Shown here: in pieces, positions 12,861-28,379 of the stretch
Numbering within the stretch: the stretch's first letter is position 1
Layout of the letters: each line of letters begins with the position of its first letter
Source of the DNA: Kudoa neothunni
Taxonomy: Eukaryota; Animalia; Cnidaria
Direction: 5' to 3'
DNA: 64,000 bases
Assembly: GCA_964304625.1 (NCBI GenBank)
Contig: OZ199839.1
Span: forward strand, 6,700,234 to 6,764,233
Translations under genes and position numbers: made by a program
The notes under the pieces: model-generated
Seen by the model: only the letters and a program-made list of their open reading frames with translations
Databases searched by the model: none
Told to the model about the DNA's origin: nothing

Positions 12861-13317
12861 AAATTTTTTAAACTTTTTATACTATATTCAAGGTAAAATC
12901 AAGAATAACCAGAATCAAACGTTGAAATGGTTTCAGTATTTGCGAGTGTAAATATTTTTGCAAAAAAACTATAATACGAACTTTTCTGAATGCTCGCGAC
13001 AATCGACGAAGATTACACGTATACTGTAATTTAGCCTAATAAATAATATTATAAATATTTTTTGCATCAAAGTAATTTCTCATACTCCAAATGCGTCGGT
13101 GTTATTTTTTTCCATGACGTGTCCTTATAAGTAAAGATTGTTTATAAAATTGTGTACAATTTTATTTAATTTATGTATTGTAAAATTTTTGTAGAACTTA
13201 TTAAATTTATGTAACAATATATTACTAAAATTTTACTTTTATTGTATTTTTTTATATTTTAAATGTAGCTTTCTTAAAAAAAAGGTCAAAAAATTAATTC
13301 GTGAAGAATTCGTTCAG

Positions 13318-14508
13318 CCCTCTGTGGAACTGGAACGGAACCTGGGGCCTTTTGGACCCCAAAGTAGTTTTAAATTGATTATAATGTGTTACTTATTCTT
13401 TCGAAACACTTTACATTTATGTTATTTGCATTAAATTGCGATATTTATAACTTACTAAACTTTGAAAAAAAATTAACAAAATTTCGCATTGAACATGAAA
13501 TAAAAAATTACACTCCAACGAAATTGGGGGTTTTCTGACCCCTAGTTTTTATTTTACGATAGTTAATAAAAAAATATTTCAAAATGCCATACAAATTTTA
13601 GGCAATTTCTTCCGGGTAAATTTCGAGAAAAAGATGATTCGTTGGGTCAGTTAATCCTCCCGAAGTCAATTCGACAAGCTAATATAACACATCGTACAAG
13701 CTCGCTGAACGATAAAATCAACTGTGATAGATGTTGTATGTTTAAAATGCAAATTCTTAGGCATTTAATCTATTTATACTGTTTCTATTATCCATTATTT
13801 GTTAACAATAAAATGATCAGAAGGTAACTAAAACACCCGATTCATATTGTTCCCTAAGAGATCGAAATAGTGGAACCAAACCTTAAGAAAGTACTCCACA
13901 AATTTTTACTCGCCACAACGATAAATAATAAATAATCGATGCATTAGTTGTGAGGATATATGGGTTGATTTAATTATTATATTAAGTATAATCAGTGGTC
14001 AAAATAAAAATCTGTTGACTTCGATATTCAAATTATTTTGTTTATACGCGACGCAAATCTTAGTGTAAATACGACAGATATTTTTCGATCAATTTTTATT
14101 TAATTTACATGAGACTATGTAATTTTTATTGCATTTAAAGATGCAACAAAATCCTGGAGTTAATGTGACCCCCAAAGCAGCAAGTGTATAATCTATTTGG
14201 GGAACTTGAAAGGTAAATCAATTAATTATATTGTCGTGTTTATTAAGGAAAATTTTTGCTATGATGCACAATGAAAAACTCTCCATTATCTATAAAATAA
14301 TACAACGATTTTTAACGAAGCTAATTATCGTAGGATTAGTATAGAATTACTTGATTTATTTTCAACTGATTCTGACAATATATTTATTCTCTTCCGTGTA
14401 ACTTCAAAAAATTATATTTTTTTCTTGCATATGAAATAAAGAAAACCTTTGGTATTTTTTACCCCCCAAATCCATCGGTGGTAAGTCGATTTTAAGTATA
14501 TTAGAGGG
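13318..14508. mobile_element. Degenerate piggyBac-like non-autonomous element
   Basis: CCCTCT...AGAGGG termini with imperfect TTAA flanks, plus several internal GGGG...GACCCC palindromic motifs (about 13344, 13526, 14156, 14451) like those in the 46409 element. Confidence 0.4.
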
Positions 14509-15139
14509 TTACGCCATATAGTGACATTTAATGTTAAGGAGTTAAGTTAGATAATTAGAAGTCAGCGATTATCATCTTATCTCTGCAATGTGTATATTAA
14601 CTTTGTTTTAAGAAGGAGATATGTATTTATTACTATCAACGTTCAGTTAGGTATGCTTAGCCTTTCTGTATTCTTATAGATTCGAATAATACAATTTTTT
14701 ATATACAAAAATCACATATTTGTATATGAAATATATGTGTTAATATTTTAAAAAATTTTCAAGACCCACTGCAATAGTGAATAACTGACAGGATGAATTT
14801 AAGGAAATCACCATTACGGCTCATCATCAATATTCTTCATAATTATCCCCGTAAATCATCAAATATGGTTGTTTTTTGCTTTGATTTTTAATAATCACTG
14901 ACAAAATTTATTACATCTAGCTTTAATATGCTACTTAAAATATACTGAGATTTTCTTTCATATGGAATATTTACATTATCTCATAATTGTAAAATTCCTA
15001 TATTCAGGAAAAATAAGGTTTAAATGTCTATCAATTTAATCAATAAATAATATCAAAAATTAAATTAATTAAGAAAATGTTATTTTAATAAGGCTCGTCT
15101 ATTTAATAAAAGATTAAAGAATTTTGTAGAAATTTTTGA

Positions 15140-15480
15140 AGACCATTATTTTTCAATCCCCAACTTAGAAACCAAACAAATGAGAAAATTCTGAGGAATT
15201 TCTTTTCTGGAATAATTACTTATCGACTCCCTTAGGATTAATCAATCTCCCTTGTGCCAGGACTTAACAGCCTGACCCCTTATTTGTCGGATTTCGTTTC
15301 TTAGGGGATAACTAAGTGTCATGGCGAAATAATATAATAATTCTGTGTTAATTACAATTTCGACGAAGAAAGATATGTGATAATATTACTGATAGAAATT
15401 ATCACTGTATTACGAAACTCACATCTTTCACATGAGAAAAATATAGATTAACCGTGTGATGATATCTGCTATACATTTCA
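15140..15480 (+). mobile_element. Possible Tc1/mariner transposase C-terminal relic
   Basis: Decayed fragments resemble the SPDL.P.DFxLWGYLK region (ccaggacttaacagcctgacccc...gatttcgtttcttaggggataacta). Confidence 0.3.
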
Positions 15481-16088
15481 ATATGTGTTGTAAGGATGCT
15501 CAGAGCTCACATAAGGCAAATAATGTATTTGTTAGGTTGGATTAGGCTTCAGGTGGTTTAAAAAATATCCCGAGTAAAATAGCTGATTAATAGACAATTA
15601 GCATTTTTAATATCATTAAACGGCGAGCTTAGCCAAAATAACAAACAAAACAACATCAAACACATAACAAGACTTGGAAATTTCACAAAGTTACAGAAAA
15701 TAAACGGATAAATCAAGATTTATCCCCGATAAATGAAATCGTCATCCACTGCGAAAATCACCGCATTTAACACTGACATGTTATATTTTTTAATCCGAAA
15801 AATTACATTATGGGTGTTTTCAAAATATTAAGAAGATTTCGGTCGGGTGGGCAGTTCCCATATTCGTGTTAATCTAGCCTATTTAATATCCTCAGTTCAT
15901 AAAAAAACTGAGAATTAATGTAATATAAACCAAACAACTTGTAAGTAACACTGATATTATAAAATCAGTCATTAAGGATCGAAACCGCTTACCGTTTATT
16001 ATGTACAGTGGGATAGAATAAGAATAATAACCGATTAACGAATCGTTCAAATCTCCATCTCGAACCTAAGGCGCATTCATAATTCAAA

Positions 16089-19000
16089 ATGAAGGATAGT
16101 TCAATTTGGTTTATCCAACCGAATCACAACTACATATATGATCATTATGTGTGTGAAGAAGGTATATAGAATAGTTGGAGTTTATTCAGCCGATAATATT
16201 GATTAATAAAACTACACTTATTTTGTTGCTTATATAGGCAGTCGAATAATTCTGTACGTGGATTTTTATCAATTCCAAGGACAGGTGGATATCTACACCA
16301 ACAATCCTGTGGTTCAAAGTAAAATCAATAAATTAGAATTTCATCGACACATCTATAAGAAGGTAGGAAGATTTTTATTTGTTTTTTGATGATTGGTTTT
16401 ACTTATTAAATTATAAAAATAAATATATTCTAGTTGAGTGGATCATATTGCGATGACAGTCATGCAGAATTTATCTTAAATTTAAAAAAGCCTGGCTCAT
16501 TTCATTTTTATGTGTTGAAAAAGGATTCCCATCCTTTGAGTGAATCATCAGTGGAGTTTATTCTTCAAAACAAGGGACCGTTTAACAAGTAATAGGCAGA
16601 TTTGTTGAGTTGGTATAGCTCGGATTTTGTAGATATGAAAATGAACTGAAAAATGTGTGTTGCGCCGGTATGATAGTAGTAGAACCGTTGATCAGGATTT
16701 CAAACGGAACTACAACCACGGTGGATGTGCTTCGGATGCAAACCAACATCACTAAATGTCTTGGAAAATTAGGTGATTGGGAGAGTAGATTGGCCGTAGC
16801 GGCAAACACCGACTACAATGCTATTCATCTCACTCCTGTGCAGGAACTTGGTTCATCCAATTCGAACTATTCTATCAGTGACCATTTCAAATTGGACAAT
16901 CGTTACGGTGGTGGTTTCGTAGCTGAAAAACTTCCACCTGTCATCACCTCTTTACACAAACACTTCAAATGTATCATCACAGATGTGGTGTTGAATCATA
17001 TCTCGTCGGATTCTCCCTTTCTATTTGAGAATCCTGGCATCGCTTACAACTTGGAGAGTAGTTCCCATCTAAAACCTGCGTGGTTGGTCGATAGAGCTAT
17101 CAGGCATTTCACAAAAGATATAGTTGATGGAAAATATCGCAAAGATTACCTTTCGTGTGAAGTTTTTAAAAAGAAACAAGGGATCGATCATGCAATGCAT
17201 ATTTTCAGGTTTTCGCATTATTTGATGGATTGGTTTTAAGTATTTTGTAAATGTAGGACAAGAATCCTTCCCGAGCTGCACTTGGAAGATTATTTTGTGG
17301 TGGATGTGGAGACTGCCTTAGAGGGGGTAAGAAAAATACTTAGTTACTCTACCAGCAACAAGCTTGCAGCTTGTAAATCGGTGGATAATTGTACTGAAAA
17401 GAACGTGCGAGATTTTTTTCATCCAGCCAAATGGATTATCAGAAACAGCGGAGTCGAATTAGATTACCTCAGGGTGATTGCTAAATATCTACCTAACTAC
17501 TTTAAAAAGTATCTCGATTTCTATTTGTCTATTTGTTTTGCTTACCCTATAATTTAGTTGTGATATTTCCAGCAATGAAATAGACAAAGCTTTAGAAGCA
17601 TTAGAAGTGGATTTGTTTAAGGAAAACGAACAGTGTAGAAACGAATTTCGAGGTCCCATACTCGACAAAATTGTTGACAACATAAAAGGTGGTGCTTATT
17701 ACCGTTTCCTTGACCATTCCAACGGTGGAAAACAATTATCAACTGATTACCCTATTGTGGATCATTATTTCTCCGATGTGTCAACTATTATGAATGCTAT
17801 CACCAGTATCGAACACGATATGGAACTTTTGGATTGGTACGACAATGAGGTGATTGCCAAGAAGAAACCTTCCAAATTAAACGGAAAATGCATAGTAGCA
17901 CATCAAGGATGGACGTTTGGCGGTTCTACTGAAAACTTTGCTCTTCCCTCCTCAAGGGTATATTTGATGAGAGAGTTGGTGGTTTGGGGAGATAGTGTCA
18001 AACTCAATTATGGCAACTCCCCCAAAGATTCACCTAAACTGTGGACACATATAACTCAATATGTTGCTGAAATGGCAAAAATTTTTGACGGATTTCGTTT
18101 GGACAATTGTCATAGTACACCACTCCATGTACTTGAACCGTTGATTGATGAGGCTCGTAAGGTCAAACCGAATTTAATCATCGTTGCGGAATTGTTCACC
18201 AACTCCGAACAACTTGACAATTATTTTGTCAATCGCATCGGTATCACTTGTCTTGTGAGAGAACGAATGGTTGCAAATACCCCAAAAGAATTCTGTCGAC
18301 TTGTTCACAGATTCGGCGGGAAACCTGTTGCCTCATTCTACGACGACTCTCAAACCATTATGGAATCCTCCATGGTTAAAGCTATGTTTACCGATCTCAC
18401 TCACGATAATCCTTGTCCTTATACTGTATTTTTTCTTTTTTATAAATTAATTTCTTTATTAATCTGTTCGTTAGCTTCCAAAAAATATTTACTCCTTTAT
18501 TAAATATAATCTAGACTGTAGTGTCCCTTTAAATCGGTCAAATAAATAAATATTTACATAATAAAAAGATATAATTAAACTTTTAAATCATTGCTTATAA
18601 GCGATGTGCAATAAGTTTTTAGACATAATTTACGCGGGAACACCGCGAAAGTTCTTTAGATTTTCAGAAGGCTATTTGTCTGATTAAAAATATACTCAAT
18701 TGTTTATGAATAGATTTGATTGTTTTTTAAGCCAATAAAAAATTTCGGACAAGCTTATTATTTTATTGATCTATTTAGAAATTTTCCCCCTTCGACTATC
18801 TCCCCACACTTGGATTTGTGAGCATGTCTACATGCGCAATTGCCTCCGTGAGGGGTTACGATGAATTGGTTCCCTATCATGTAACTACACCTCAATATTA
18901 CTAATTGTTGTCAAGCGACAATAATAAATGCGGTTCAATTTTTCTACTCTATATATCATAGATCAATGTTGTGGATGAGGAAAGAAAGTACGGAAAGTGG

Positions 19001-19256
19001 GCCAGTGATATATCGCTTGATTGTGCGATTCTAGAGGGACGAAGGGTTCTCAACCAATATCACGATCAATTGCATTTGGAAGGTTATTCTCAGGTATATT
19101 AATAATAATACTAAGCTTAATTGATATCTTTTGACTTCTACTAAATTTTTCGCTCCTTTTTTCATAAATTCGTCTAATTTATTTATATTTAATTTATTCA
19201 TTTGAAAATTTTAGATTATAAATATTAAATACGTTATTGATTTTATATATTAAGTC

Positions 19257-19296
<40 letters not shown>

Positions 19297-22200
19297 CAGG
19301 AGAGTTGTTCTAAATAATAGAATTCATTTTTTGATCATAAGTATTGAGATGCATTCAGCATAATTAGATTTATTTTTATTCAAAAATTAAATCTGTGGAT
19401 TTAATAATATAAATTTTCTAATTATTACATTATTTTTTTATTTAAATTGAAAAAAGGGATTTTAATCCGAACGATTAAATAATTTTGCGCGTGTTAAATA
19501 AATTGATCAGTTTTACCGATATGCTGTAAGTAAAATTAGTGCCTCTGGAAGATTCAAGCTATCATTATGAAATTATAAAGCATTATTTCATTTAAATAGT
19601 TTGTTGTCTCTTGTACAATATATTACCAATTTAATCAAACATTGGTCATATTAATTTGCCGTGTGACACAAATACACGATAGTAATTTATTTACTTTGAA
19701 AATTTGACACTCAACCTATATTTATCTTATTAACAAATATTTACTACATGATTGTCGCGTGACGTGGGAAAACTGAGTTATCTATTTTAATCTTAAGAGT
19801 TCTTTCGAAAACTTTTAGTTCTTGTGTTTGGACATTGATGGTTTGTCATTTAAATGACTAATGTTCAGACCAGTCCAGGTAATATCTTTTTAGTATTTCT
19901 ATCCATAGCTACCGTATTTAATCAGTGAAGACAATATAAAAACATCATTCACATGGTTTTATAGTCTACTCCTCCTAAATCCAATATTAAATTATAATAA
20001 TATTGTATAATTAATGTATTAAACATAAAAACTATGGTATTAATAAATTATTATAAAAACGATAATTCATATAATAACTGTTTTATCATTTTCGCGCGTA
20101 ATTCTATTTCTGCTATGTTCAAACGTTAAAGACAATTTTCACGTAGCATAAAGTTTGATCTACTCATTAAATATTTGAGGCTTATTAATATCGTCTTCAA
20201 TTACCATATTTCTTCTTTACAAGCAACTTACATTAATTAATTTTATTTTTAAATGGCCTACTCCCCACCCATATAATTTTATATTTTTCTTAAATATATT
20301 TACCGGATTCAAATTATAATAATAAATAAAGGGACAATTAATCGTTTGATGTGGAATAAATCTATATTATTTCTGATTTTGAGTTTATCAACATTATACT
20401 ACAGATTTATTTAATCGGGTGGTATAAAAGGCAAATCCATACTCACATTTTTAAGGATTGCCTGCTGTATTAGCTCAAACAAATTTAATCTCAATGTGTA
20501 CATTTTTTCTTGCAGTATAAGCCATTGTAGCTTTTTCAACTGGAAAATTTATGCATCAAAATATCATATGTTACATAAAACATAATAATTCTGATTATAT
20601 TGAATTATTTTTCTCAACGTCTAGTCGCATGGAAACGAGGAGTAATTAGAAAGTTGCATGTTCTACTAATTTAACTTTGCTTATAAATTGTAACACTTTA
20701 CAAGGTTTTTATGTATTAAGAAGGAAGTCAAGGATGTGCATATAACATTTGAAACAACCCCTCTCAATTGGAAATAATATTTGATAAATTTTTTAAAATG
20801 GATTTTCGAGTTTCCAATATTTAAACTGCGATAATTTAATTAATACAAAAATAACTTAGAAGGTGCATTTGATTGATTCAATTAATGAATTAAGTATTTT
20901 CCTTTTATAAATTAAATTGAAAATGAGTCTGGCGATTAATACATAAATGAGATAATATATTTTATCGACAAATTCCAAAATATTAATATTACACGTAAGA
21001 TTACTTAACCCGAAAATTTTGAATGAGCGTATATAGACGGGATGTGGGTTTGGTTTTCTCATCAAAAATGGGGTTCAACTCGAATTTGAGATAGAAAGCG
21101 CTGATTTGATGTAACTTTAACGAGTTAATAATTAATGCTATCATTTTAAATTACACTTAGTTCAACCTTTGGATCTCGTTTTATTTTTTGTGTCTATTTC
21201 GATATAATGTCGATCAAGAATTGGTTTAATTTTAAACTAAATAATATGCTGACCATTGAAAGCCATCAAATCTAAAGGTTATATATAATCACTTGTTGTA
21301 GATATATGTGGATCAATTGTCTGATAGCATAATCACAGTTACAAGGACTAATCCTACAACTTGGGATTCTATGGTGCTGATTTTTAATACTGCATTTGAA
21401 CAAGTGCCGGAAAATCTTCAAACAAAATTTGAGGGTGGCGCATTTCATTTTGTGAACACTAGCAATTCATATCCTGTGGTGAAGATCCCAGGTGTAATAA
21501 AAAAATTGTGTGTTGAGGCAACGCTCGCTACAAAAGTTTCTGTGCCTAGCCAAGTTGAAAATGACGAGATGATCCAGCCGGATAGATTGCATTGTATCTA
21601 TCTAGTGAGAAACACCAGTCCGGAACTGTCGAAAGTAGATTTTTTTATTTCGATTAGTGTCATATGTGTTTATTGTAGATGATCAGTTATGATCAACACC
21701 TAAAAGATTCATCTGTTTATTCGCAGATGTATTTGAATAGATTTTCTCCTGGTAGTTTGGTTTTGTTGGAAGTGGGGTTGAGCAAAGAAAGCCATCAGAA
21801 TGTGTTGCTAGTTAATGAGTTCATATCGCATCTAAGAGTCGCGTTGATTTCAGTAAGACAGAAAACCACACACCACACCCCGCCCATTAATCACAATATG
21901 CTGGCTCTGCTCACCATTATAAAGCACTTGTCTCCATCCGCCTTTAACGTGATACTATTCAGAACTGATGCTGAGGAAAGGGCCGATGGAAACAACTTTG
22001 GTGTCTACAACGTTCCTTCGTATGGAGACTTGTGCTATTGTGGGTTGATGGGTTTGTATCCGATTTTGAAGCAGATTAGGCGAAATAACGATTTGGGGGA
22101 TTCTTTGTGCGACAATCTACGCAGTGGTACATGGATGTTGGACTACATCGTCAATCGTCTCTCAGTTCACAATGAAACCAAAATATTATCCAACTGGCTG

Positions 22201-24223
22201 GCTAATTGTATGAATCTTCTAAAAGAATTACCCCATTATATGTTACCCACTTATTTTGAACGAGTCATAACAATAGTGACCAAAATTTTGAAAAGCGAAT
22301 TAATCAATAGATCTGAAAAGTATGCTTGGAAATTGATTTTTGATGTGTGTAATTTGTGATGGAATTCGTTTAGGTTCCTCAAGAACAATCACAAGTTTAC
22401 AAAAGATATGATTATATATTCGTACGCGGTATACGGATATGAGAAATCGGGACCCCTGCCAACCTATTTGCCAGGAGAAAATGATAGCTACGAACATGTG
22501 TGCACTTTGGCTGCCGGTTTGCCCTTCTTTGCTAATTCTTGGATGAGAAGTTGGGGACGAGACAATATGATTTCCATTCGTGGGTTATTTCTGGTTACTG
22601 GTCGGTTCGTCGAAGCCAAGTACCGTCATCCCCACACATTACACATTTTTAGTAGTGGTGACTTAGAGCACTCATACTGGCTCATGCTGCATGTATGCGT
22701 CATGGATTAATTCCAAATTTGTTAGCTGATGGCGGCAGAAGTTGTCGTTACAATTGTCGTGATGCCTCTTGGTGGTTTTTGTTGGCTATCAAAGACTACT
22801 GTACCTTCACCAATGACACCTCCATTCTAAATGAAAAGGTCCGTCTTTTGTACCAATCTGACGATAGTGAATTCGATGAAAAAGGCTCGAATGTAACATC
22901 CGTTAACTATTAATACACTCGTGTTTATAGCTTTTATGGCTGACTTTTGTTACAGGTGACAACATTGGGCGATGTGATGTATACTATATTGGATCGTCAT
23001 GTTGGAAAGATCAGCTTCAAAGAGAGAAATGCTGGTGTGCAACTTGATTCGGTCATGACGGATGAAGGTTTCCATGTGGAATGTGGTATTAACTTCGAAA
23101 CCGGATTCGTCTATGGAGGAAATAAATATAATTGTGGCACATGGATGGATAAAATGGGATCATCCAATACAGCTGGAAATTATGGTGTTCCCGCCACTCC
23201 TAGGTAGATTCGATTCGTTTGTTGGATGTGAAACTCCAAATGTAATTATAATAATTTTTGGTGATTACTCTTTAGAGATGGCTCTGCCGTAGAGTTGGTC
23301 GGGATTTGCTATGCGGTTGTTAATTGGTTGGATCATTTAAAGACTGTCAAAAAATACAACCACGCCTCCGTTCAAAGTATCAATTACAACATTGAATGGA
23401 CTTGGAAACAATGGGCAACAACTATAAAACAAAACTTTGAAAAATGTTTCTGGGTGCCGGAAAATATTGTCGAGGCTAAGTCAAAATTTCCACACGATGT
23501 CGACATCATCAATTCTCTCGGCATGTACAAGGATAGTTATGGTTCCTCGCGCCGATATTCCGACTATCAATTAAGACCAAATTTCTTGATTGCTTTAGCT
23601 GTGGCTCCCGAGCTTTTCAATGAACAACATGCCTCCATAGCTCTCAACAATGTGATAGATCATCTGGCTGCTCCCATTGGCATTAAAACTCTTTGTTCTA
23701 GGTAAATTTTATTTTATTCATCAGTCAAATAATAATTGTTAAGTGATTGGGAATACGCTGGTTTCTATAACAATTCCGATGACACCAACGACTATTCTAC
23801 TTCCAAAGGATTTTCTTATCATCAAGGGCCAGTATTTCTTTTGATGCTTCTAAAAGCTGAGAAAACGATATTTTATGTGATTTATTATAATACTTAGGAA
23901 TGGGTTTGGCCGGTTGCATTTCTCATACGATCTCTTATTCATTCATTGAAGAAAAATGGATCTAAATCTGCGGATTTCAATAAATTTTCTACTCAAATTA
24001 AAAGCTATTTAAATAATTGGTTTGAGAGCGAGCAAAAAAATAATTGGGGAGGATTACCGGAACTCACCAATCAAAATGGTGAATATTGCAAATTCTCGTG
24101 CGACATTCAAGTATTTAGAGTTTATTATTTGTGTGACTAATTTTTTTTCTTTAGAGTTGGAGTGTGGCGGCTGCTCTTGATGTTTCGAATGCTATCACTT
24201 CCTCTAATTTTCAATTATACTAA
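16089..24223 (+). CDS. AGL: Glycogen debranching enzyme (4-alpha-glucanotransferase / amylo-1,6-glucosidase), multi-exon, intact
   Basis: [46 protein letters not shown] (nucleophile D), [82 protein letters not shown]. Mostly 40-60 nt GT-AG introns and one 2.2-kb intron (~19094-21301). Confidence 0.97.
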
Positions 24224-24580
24224 TACACATAGCTGATATATTTAAAGTTAGATTCTTGTTGTGATTCACGGATAGTTTTATTTCTTTTGTGTTTTTTTTG
24301 GTTTCCTATCGTCCTGCTGCAAAATACATGTTGTACAATATTAGGATTATCAGTAGTTTATAGTTTGTTGGAATTTAAAGTAAATTTTGGAGGTTTCGCC
24401 TCCGCCTCTAATAAATATGGATTGAAAATTCTTCCTCAACTCTAACGCATTTGGGATGTATTACATCCCAAACCATGTTTAATATGAGTATAAAATTGTA
24501 CAACCTTCTCATAGAAAATTAAAATCTACGCTATTCTTCTTTATTTATTAAACGTACCACATATCAAAAACGGCTAAAAT

Positions 24581-25297
24581 AATTCCATCCTCTAACAGGC
24601 TTGGGGTGAAAAACACCTCAAAGTTTTTTTGCCTATGTTAACTTGAAAAATTATAAGTAATTAAATGAGAAACTCATGTAAAGTTCCGCTGACAAATTTC
24701 CAAGAAAATCTGCAACTAATATCTCATCTAATCCAATGCGGCATTCTTCGCCGATCCCTCGAAAGTTTCCGTTAGTATAATATTGATGTTCTCCTATCAG
24801 ATGGACGGAGAAACATCGATTTTGTCGGATATATCGGGTTTCATTAACTACCAAAAATTTATTATTGAATTATAATGTTGAAGAATATTTCCTCGGAGAT
24901 TTTATTTTAATTATGCGCCAATTTAGTTTATGTAAAAAGGAGATTATTTGAGCAAGAAGCTTGTACTAGCTGGACCATTCTGATTGATAAGTTATGATGA
25001 GCGCTTTCAGTGAATTTTTCAATGATATCTACTCCTTTAGTTTTGAGTTAGATAATAACTTAGGTTTTACACTACTTAGCTCAAGGCCTTATCATTCGTA
25101 GAAAATAATCCATGATGATTGAGCCGAACGGATTAATTTTTGTAGTAGATGTAAATATACTCCAAATTCTATCGATAGAATCTACAAAAAATTCTCAAGT
25201 AAATTCAAAATTATTTTTTGAATAAATTTAAAAAAAGTCTGGTCTGTTTTTCACCCCAGGCCTGTTAGAGGATGGAATTTTTCCCTAGCTTAGAGGG
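24581..25297 (-). mobile_element. piggyBac-like non-autonomous element (35-bp inverted repeats)
   Basis: aattccatcctctaacaggcttggggtgaaaaaca (24581-24615) is the reverse complement of 25245-25279 with 1 mismatch. The right end is AGAGGG|TTAA; the left terminus is decayed. Confidence 0.7.
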
Positions 25298-25378
25298 TTA
25301 AATAAAGTGCATCATTATTCAAAGGAAGTGGCTATTGACATTGATCATAATATCCAGGGAGGTATAGTTTCGACTGTA

Positions 25379-25441
25379 CTGTATTGAATTATTTTTGACC
25401 ATTAGGAGTGGTATTAATGGGTCAAAAATAATTCAATACAG
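25379..25441. repeat. 63-nt near-perfect palindrome/hairpin (mini-MITE-like)
   Basis: ctgtattgaattatttttgaccatta ... taatgggtcaaaaataattcaatacag forms a 26-bp stem with a 1-nt bulge, flanked by ta/ca. Confidence 0.8.
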
Positions 25442-28379
25442 CAGATTCTAAAAATATAAACTTTATAGACCAACTATAAATAGGATTCGAGGTGATTAAA
25501 AATGGACATCTCGCCAGCTTTGTTTTTTTAATAAAAACTTCTGTGTTAATAGCCAGTTTCCTATTTAAACTTCTTTTATATCTTAAATATTCCAAGAGAG
25601 CATCTCAAATAGAGGGTTTGAAACGCGCATATCGAGAATATTCTATATTTAAAAATCTCTTAAAACCATTCCAAAAAAACACAATGCTTTTGAATGAACC
25701 TCTAGAAGTGTGTGTGTATTTATCAACAAAATTATAAGTAACATACAACGTTTGATACCCACTACTTTACAATAGTTCTATTTTGTAGACAACTTTTTAT
25801 TGGGTAGAATTAACTCGTTTAAAAAAATATTTTTGAAAAAGTAATTCATGATAATTTTTTTTACAAATTTTTAATGTAGAGAAGTCAAAATTTTTACTAT
25901 ATCGTTATCTTTAAAATTTAATGTTAAAATTTTAATGACAAAATGATTATAAGAATTTTTACAATTCAAATAAATTAACCAACAAAATATATAAACTAAA
26001 TAATATATTTTTTTATTGTTTTATTATCTTAAAAAATTTATAGTCGATTTATATAAACTGCTAGGAAGGTTAATTTATAATAAGATGCGTAAAAGTTAAA
26101 AAAATGATTGACTCATAATTTTTAGACCGAGATACTAATAAAAATTGTTTGTAAGGAATTTAATTAACTTAGAAATCAATATGTGAACAATAAAGTGGGG
26201 TTTCTTTAGTTTTTGGAAATTCAACGATGATTACACGTGTACCGGCGGTGTTTTATTAATGATATTATAACCAAATTAGATGCTGTCAAAAGTAGCCAAT
26301 TCTTGTTATTGTTAATTTTTTATTTTAATATAATATTCGTGTATGAGTAGACGGAATAACGATGCTCATAACTGTAGTTTTTAGATTCCTAATCCTATCT
26401 TGTTGCTAAATCTAGAACTCATTCTCTACAATCCTAATAAACATCTGCCTATCAAATTTTCCTCGACTTTAAATGTTGGCTTCTACTTCATATAATTTAA
26501 AAAAGATATTTTTACACAAAAGGTAAATTTATGAGTAACGAAATCACACAATATTTTGATACTTGGCCTAGCTCATATAATCCTCAGTATGATCCTCAAT
26601 AATATTGATTTTAAGGGAAAAACATGTCTATATTAAATTTTTTAAAGAAAATGGATACTTTCGCGATAAATGATATTTAGAAGCCACAAGTTTGGACCTT
26701 ATTTAATTATTTCTTGTTCCCAATAACAAACTGTTAAACAAAAATTAATCAAATTCATTCAAATCCTAAAAATTAACCGTATAAACCTACTAAAGTAGGA
26801 ACTAATTTCACGTAATCCCCTCGGAACCAAGGAAAAAATGCGTCAAACCGGTCACGTCCACTTTACCGCACCCGCGTGCACAATTACTTCAGAAAAAAAT
26901 GGTATTTAATAATGATTAAGTTGCGTTTAAAAAGAATAGTTAAATATATATTCATTTTAAAAGATAATTAAAACTCGAGAAACGTATTAACGGCACAAAA
27001 ATATTTTTCAACGATCTATGAAATACTCTTCTTGTTGCTATTGGTAGAATAAGGCAGTTTCGTCTACATTGTAAATAAAATTTTCAGAGTATCTTTTAAA
27101 AAATGTTCTGATTTGATTGGTCTACTATGAAGTAGTTTCGGGTGTAGCATCAGCAGATTAGCTGATAAATTTTGATTTTTTAATGTTGGACCTTTTTTTT
27201 AAACAACGAAACCCTCCACGAATTACACGCGAAAGTAACTCCTTTTCTTGGGCTAATTAATTTCTCATGATGATTATCCTGACGGCGCTTACTACAAACT
27301 TTTTGCTTCGTGCCCACTCATTCCACTCATATACATCTCCACAAACAGAATTAAATTTTACTGCATGCAAATAATTTCTATTTTTCGATTCTAAAAACAT
27401 TTATAGGTTTTGATTATTTTATTTTTCATCTCTAGGATGCCATTAGGAGTCGAGATAATAGATATTTTAAAACGTGATACAATTGAAGTTTTTGAGTCAT
27501 TAGGTTGAAGATTTTCAAACCTTAAAATTTCAAATTTCGTTGTATCCACGGTACTTGTAAAAGACGAGTGTCCCTAAATGTGTGCCTCTAAGGACACATG
27601 TTCGTTATTATTTTTTCCATACGAAATGATGTTTACGGACTTTTTAATAATTTATAATATCTTAAAAATTCTTTTTAATTTTGTATACATCCAAGGACTT
27701 CAACAGCATTTAGGAAATGCTAATTTTATTGGTGGGTTTACGTTTATAAAACGGATTAAAAGATTTCGTCAGTATAGTTTAAATCCATTTATCTCTTAGT
27801 TATAGTTGGTTGAATTTAACATTTCTCCTTATATGATATAATTAACTGTAAATTTAACAACGCTATATATAAATTGGGTGTGTATCCAAATACATCCCTT
27901 ATACAACAATTTTAATATATTTGACTTGATAAATACACTTTTACCATGTTAACAATGGTTTAAATAAACAAAAAAATCCACATTGGCTTAATATACGATT
28001 AATTGGTAGTGTATGTTATAGTCATGTTGATTAAAATGATTTGATCTCAGCCTTGTCTCTTTTAGATTCATATATCCCCGTTTTGATTTAATCTAATATA
28101 ATATCGATTAATTTTCATTATTGACTATTTATTTTCAGTTTATAAATCAGTTATACACGAAAGTCTTTCCTAATGAAGATTGAAATATCTCGAGTTTCAC
28201 GTGATGCTGTTTTGGGCGGAATGAAGAACTAAATATGTTAATTGCTTTCAAATTATAACGTGATAGGGGTATTTATTCAAAATTATGAACAGTTTAAGTT
28301 AAAAAATTAACATTTTTGAAAAAGATGGGGCACGATAGAAAAAAAGTTTGGAAACACTGGCTTAGACTCTATTTAAGCC

